This document shows, in pieces, positions 61,208-64,000 of a DNA stretch of 64,000 nt. Numbering within the stretch: the stretch's first letter is position 1; every line of letters begins with the position of its first letter. Location of the stretch: positions 160,001 through 224,000 of the forward strand of contig CAVTRY010000011.1 of assembly GCA_963737265.1 (NCBI GenBank), written 5' to 3'. Made by a program: the position numbers and the translations under genes. The notes under the pieces are model-generated. The model was not told the origin of the DNA and did not search any database. It saw only the letters and a list, made by a program, of their open reading frames with translations. The DNA is from an uncultured delta proteobacterium (GTDB lineage: Bacteria > Myxococcota_A > Polyangia > Fen-1088).

Positions 61208-62668
61208 CTAGTGCGCGACCGAGTCCTCCTCCACAAGCGCGGGAGGGCTCGTCTTGGGCAGATCGAGGGTGAAGACCACGCGAGCATCGGCCCACGTCGA
61301 AACGCCGAGCGTGCCGCCCATCATGCGAACCAGTTCGCGCGACGCCCACAGCTCGACGGTCATGCGTTCGTAGTCAGACTCGCCAAAAGGACCGAAGGGC
61401 ATGGTGCGCACGCGTTCGCCGCTTTCCGACAGCACGGCCACGGGGGGCAGTCGAAATTCAAGCCGAATACGAACGAATTGACCGAGATCGTCGAAGCGCA
61501 ACTGGACACCGGTATCGTAGCCCTGGCCGCGCGCGGTGCGAATCAGGCAATAGAAGAGCCGGGTGAGCCGCAGCCTGTCCCACGAGCCGCGGATTTGTCC
61601 CGCGCCTTCCAAGAGGACATCGGCAGGTATTTCTGTTTGGTCGTCCTTGAGCTCCGCGATGGCCGCGTTGGCGACGGCGACGATGTCGAGCTCCTCGGGC
61701 CGAAGCACAACTTGCATTTGAAGGAAGCCGGAGATTTCCTCGAGGCCGCGGGCGAGACGCATCATCGACGACAAGTGTTCGCTGCACGTCTCCAGGGTAT
61801 CGTGGCCGGGTGTCAGACGTTGGTCGTTCGCCAGCTCGCCAAGGAGGCCCCACATGGCGGGCAGCGGACGTGACAGCCACCGACCGGCGGTGATGAGGAG
61901 ACGGTCGCGCGCTTCGATGGCGCGGGTAAGCGCGGCAACATGCCTTCGGTAAGCAGCCTCGCGCTTCCCGAGGCGCGATCCTTCGACGATCAAGGCAGCG
62001 CTTTCCGCTTCGAGAAACGCGCGACTCTCCGCGGTCTCGAGAATGTTGTTCACCATCCACGCGATGCGTTCGGCTCCGCCCGTGGCGGGCGCTTTGCCGG
62101 TAGGCTTGAAAAATGGATTGTGGCACAGGCGTCCCGCCACGATAGCGACCTCATGGGTGGCCAACGCCACCTCCAAGCACGAGGAATCAGCCATTCGCCG
62201 GTCAAAGGCACAAAGACCGGTGGCACGGCCTTCGTCGAGCAGCCCGCCAAACGAGGCCTCGAACGCCGCAAGTTGATCGTGATCTATCAACGCCCGCGTG
62301 CGCTCGTCGGGATCGCTCGCCACGCGCAATCCGGCGTACCCATCCGAGCGGGTTGCGCCGATGGCAGCGCGAATCGCGGCTGTCTGTTCGTCGGCATCGA
62401 ACCTCCTCAAGTGAGCGAGGTCGGCATCGGCGAACACCACCGCTTCGCCCTGGCGCAATGTGGCTCCGGGAACGCCTCTCGCCTCAAGGTGGCCGAGAAC
62501 AGCCGCGAAATGGTGCGAGTGACCCCAGTAGGCGCAACGTTCGCCGCGCCGAAGACCATCGTGCATGAATGCGGCGATCGCACTGTGATTCTCCCCGTCC
62601 TGTGAATACGGCAGGCAGACGTGCGACCCGGGTTTCAAGGACGGAAAATCATGTGGAGTTCCTTGCAT
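61208..62668 (-). CDS. MEDS-domain protein with degenerate histidine-kinase module
   Basis: GSHVCLPY, GLRRGERC, GYAGLRV and LCAFD..TH (MEDS); kinase-like WDRLRL and MGGTLGV..FTLDLP without H, N or G boxes. Confidence 0.75.
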   Translation of the reverse strand: MQGTPHDFPSLKPGSHVCLPYSQDGENHSAIAAFMHDGLRRGERCAYWGHSHHFAAVLGHLEARGVPGATLRQGEAVVFADADLAHLRRFDADEQTAAIRAAIGATRSDGYAGLRVASDPDERTRALIDHDQLAAFEASFGGLLDEGRATGLCAFDRRMADSSCLEVALATHEVAIVAGRLCHNPFFKPTGKAPATGGAERIAWMVNNILETAESRAFLEAESAALIVEGSRLGKREAAYRRHVAALTRAIEARDRLLITAGRWLSRPLPAMWGLLGELANDQRLTPGHDTLETCSEHLSSMMRLARGLEEISGFLQMQVVLRPEELDIVAVANAAIAELKDDQTEIPADVLLEGAGQIRGSWDRLRLTRLFYCLIRTARGQGYDTGVQLRFDDLGQFVRIRLEFRLPPVAVLSESGERVRTMPFGPFGESDYERMTVELWASRELVRMMGGTLGVSTWADARVVFTLDLPKTSPPALVEEDSVAH

Positions 62669-62812
62669 CCTTGCTCCCATACCCCCAAAGTGGCGCGCTA
62701 AGCCACTGTGACTAGCGCAGTCGGTCATGTGGCCTGCGCAACCGACCAGTATTTCGATTATCGGGGAACTCGGTTACATTGGTTAAGCACGGAACCCAGG
62801 AGAGGGCAATTG

Positions 62813-63391
62813 TCAAGTTATCGACAGTCCCCGTTTTTCTGTCTGGCTGCGGGCTTCGAGCGCTTTCATGGCCTCGCTCATGCCCTTGGTGGCCGACGGA
62901 ATGTCGATGACGGTCAGCCGCTCCAGCCAAGCGCCGCTCTGTCGCTGGTTTTGGTCGAGAACGGAGATGAGCTCACGCATGGCCTGCTCTGCCGGAATGC
63001 TGTCGATGTCGCGGCCGGGAAGTGCAATGGCGAGTGACGACACGCTGATCCCGTGCAGCGTCTTGAGAACGCTATCCACGGCGTTGCGGAATTCAACTTC
63101 TGAAAATGCTTGCGAGTCCCCCACGCCCACAACCAGAACGCGCTTCCACGGAATTCGGCTATTCGCGAGAAGAAGCTTTTCGCCGGCCGTGCCCGCCACT
63201 CGGCCTTCGCGGATCATCTTGGACAGCCTGCCGCACAGTCGCCAGTCGAGCAGCCCGGTGGCTCCGCGAAGAGGTCGGATGTCGGTCCACACGGGCACGA
63301 CCAGCACATCGGCGATCGGACCGAGATCCCACCGATGCAGATCCACGGGTAGGTAGGTGATTGGAAAAGGCAGCAAGGCCGACGACCTCAC
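62813..63391 (-). CDS. stand-alone M17 aminopeptidase N-terminal-domain protein
   Basis: DIRPLRGATGLLDWRLCGRLS, GEKLL and VVGVG motifs. Confidence 0.78.
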   Translation of the reverse strand: MRSSALLPFPITYLPVDLHRWDLGPIADVLVVPVWTDIRPLRGATGLLDWRLCGRLSKMIREGRVAGTAGEKLLLANSRIPWKRVLVVGVGDSQAFSEVEFRNAVDSVLKTLHGISVSSLAIALPGRDIDSIPAEQAMRELISVLDQNQRQSGAWLERLTVIDIPSATKGMSEAMKALEARSQTEKRGLSIT

Positions 63392-63401
63392 CTCACGCTA
63401 G

Positions 63402-63890
63402 CTAGGGACGTTGGCCGAGAAGCTCCAAGGCCGAGTCGAGCAGACCGTTGACGAAGGCAGGGGCTTCCTCGGCGCCGAAGCGCTTGGCCAATTCGATGGC
63501 TTCGCTCAAAGCAACCCGGGCGGGCGTGTCTTTGCGATGGGCCAGCTCGTAGACCCCGATGCGCAGAATGGTTCGATCCACGCGTGCCAGCCTCTCCACG
63601 CGCCACTTGCGCGAGAGTCGCGCCAGCATTTCGTCGATTTCGGGGCGATGGCTGCAGACGCCGCGAATCAAGTCGATGGCCAGATGTTCGTCGAAGGGCG
63701 CGATGGGCGCGGCATCGCTTTCGGCTGCGTAGCCGGAAACGGGCTCGGGCGTGAGATCGGTCTCTTCCTCGGGCACGCCGAACTGATGCAGGTGCTCGGC
63801 GAGCACGGCGCCCGGATCGACGGGTTCGACCCCATCCAGGGCGTAGAGCACCTGCATGGCGACGCAGCGGGCGCGGCGGCGTGGAGTCAT
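63402..63890 (-). CDS. nusB: transcription antitermination factor NusB
   Basis: RRRARCVAMQVLY, WRVERLARVDRTILR, EAIELAKRFG and FVNGLLD motifs. Confidence 0.95.
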   Translation of the reverse strand: MTPRRRARCVAMQVLYALDGVEPVDPGAVLAEHLHQFGVPEEETDLTPEPVSGYAAESDAAPIAPFDEHLAIDLIRGVCSHRPEIDEMLARLSRKWRVERLARVDRTILRIGVYELAHRKDTPARVALSEAIELAKRFGAEEAPAFVNGLLDSALELLGQRP

Positions 63891-63912
63891 TTCTCTCGCG
63901 TCATCTTGCGCG

Positions 63913-64000
63913 TCATTTCTTGCGTGACTTGGCCAGCGGCGCGGCTTCGCCCTTGGCGTCCCCGGCGAGCGCGGCATACAGGTTTGCCATCTCGATAGCC
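63913..64000 (-). CDS. ribH: 6,7-dimethyl-8-ribityllumazine synthase, C-terminal end
   Basis: AIEMANL C-terminal motif; usual position upstream of nusB. Confidence 0.8.
   Translation of the reverse strand, partial: AIEMANLYAALAGDAKGEAAPLAKSRKK

Overview
This is a GC-rich chromosomal segment whose gene content (vWA, Cys-rich and PilZ lipoproteins, stand-alone M17_N protein, CTGAAC-N4-GTTCAG LexA box) points to a myxobacterium (Myxococcota). The backbone is housekeeping: mqnB/mqnD, a Gld-type ABC operon, ABC-F, serC, pckG, yfgM-bamB, queA-tgt-elbB, lepA-lepB, purMN, yjbQ, degP, nusB and ribH, plus two tRNAs, Met(CAT) and Leu(TAA). The main accessory observations are six. (1) Two ~1.5-kb mini-islands sit in the two different tRNAs; each is bounded by a duplicated tRNA 3' end, they share a homologous ~125-bp att arm, and they carry only toxin-antitoxin modules and no intact integrase. 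(2) A palindromic element with 9-nt periodic arms occurs once directly upstream of the ABC-F gene and once as a 147-bp in-frame insertion in dnaE2. (3) An orphan polymorphic toxin / Imm71-Imm72-type immunity cassette is present. (4) A CDP-alcohol phosphotransferase is fused to a sulfatase-like domain. (5) An imuA-imuB-dnaE2-uvrD SOS locus carries LexA boxes. (6) A MEDS-domain histidine kinase has lost all catalytic motifs. Six otherwise intact genes carry single-base frameshifts, most likely long-read errors. All calls come from reading the sequence and recalled family motifs; no database searches were run.
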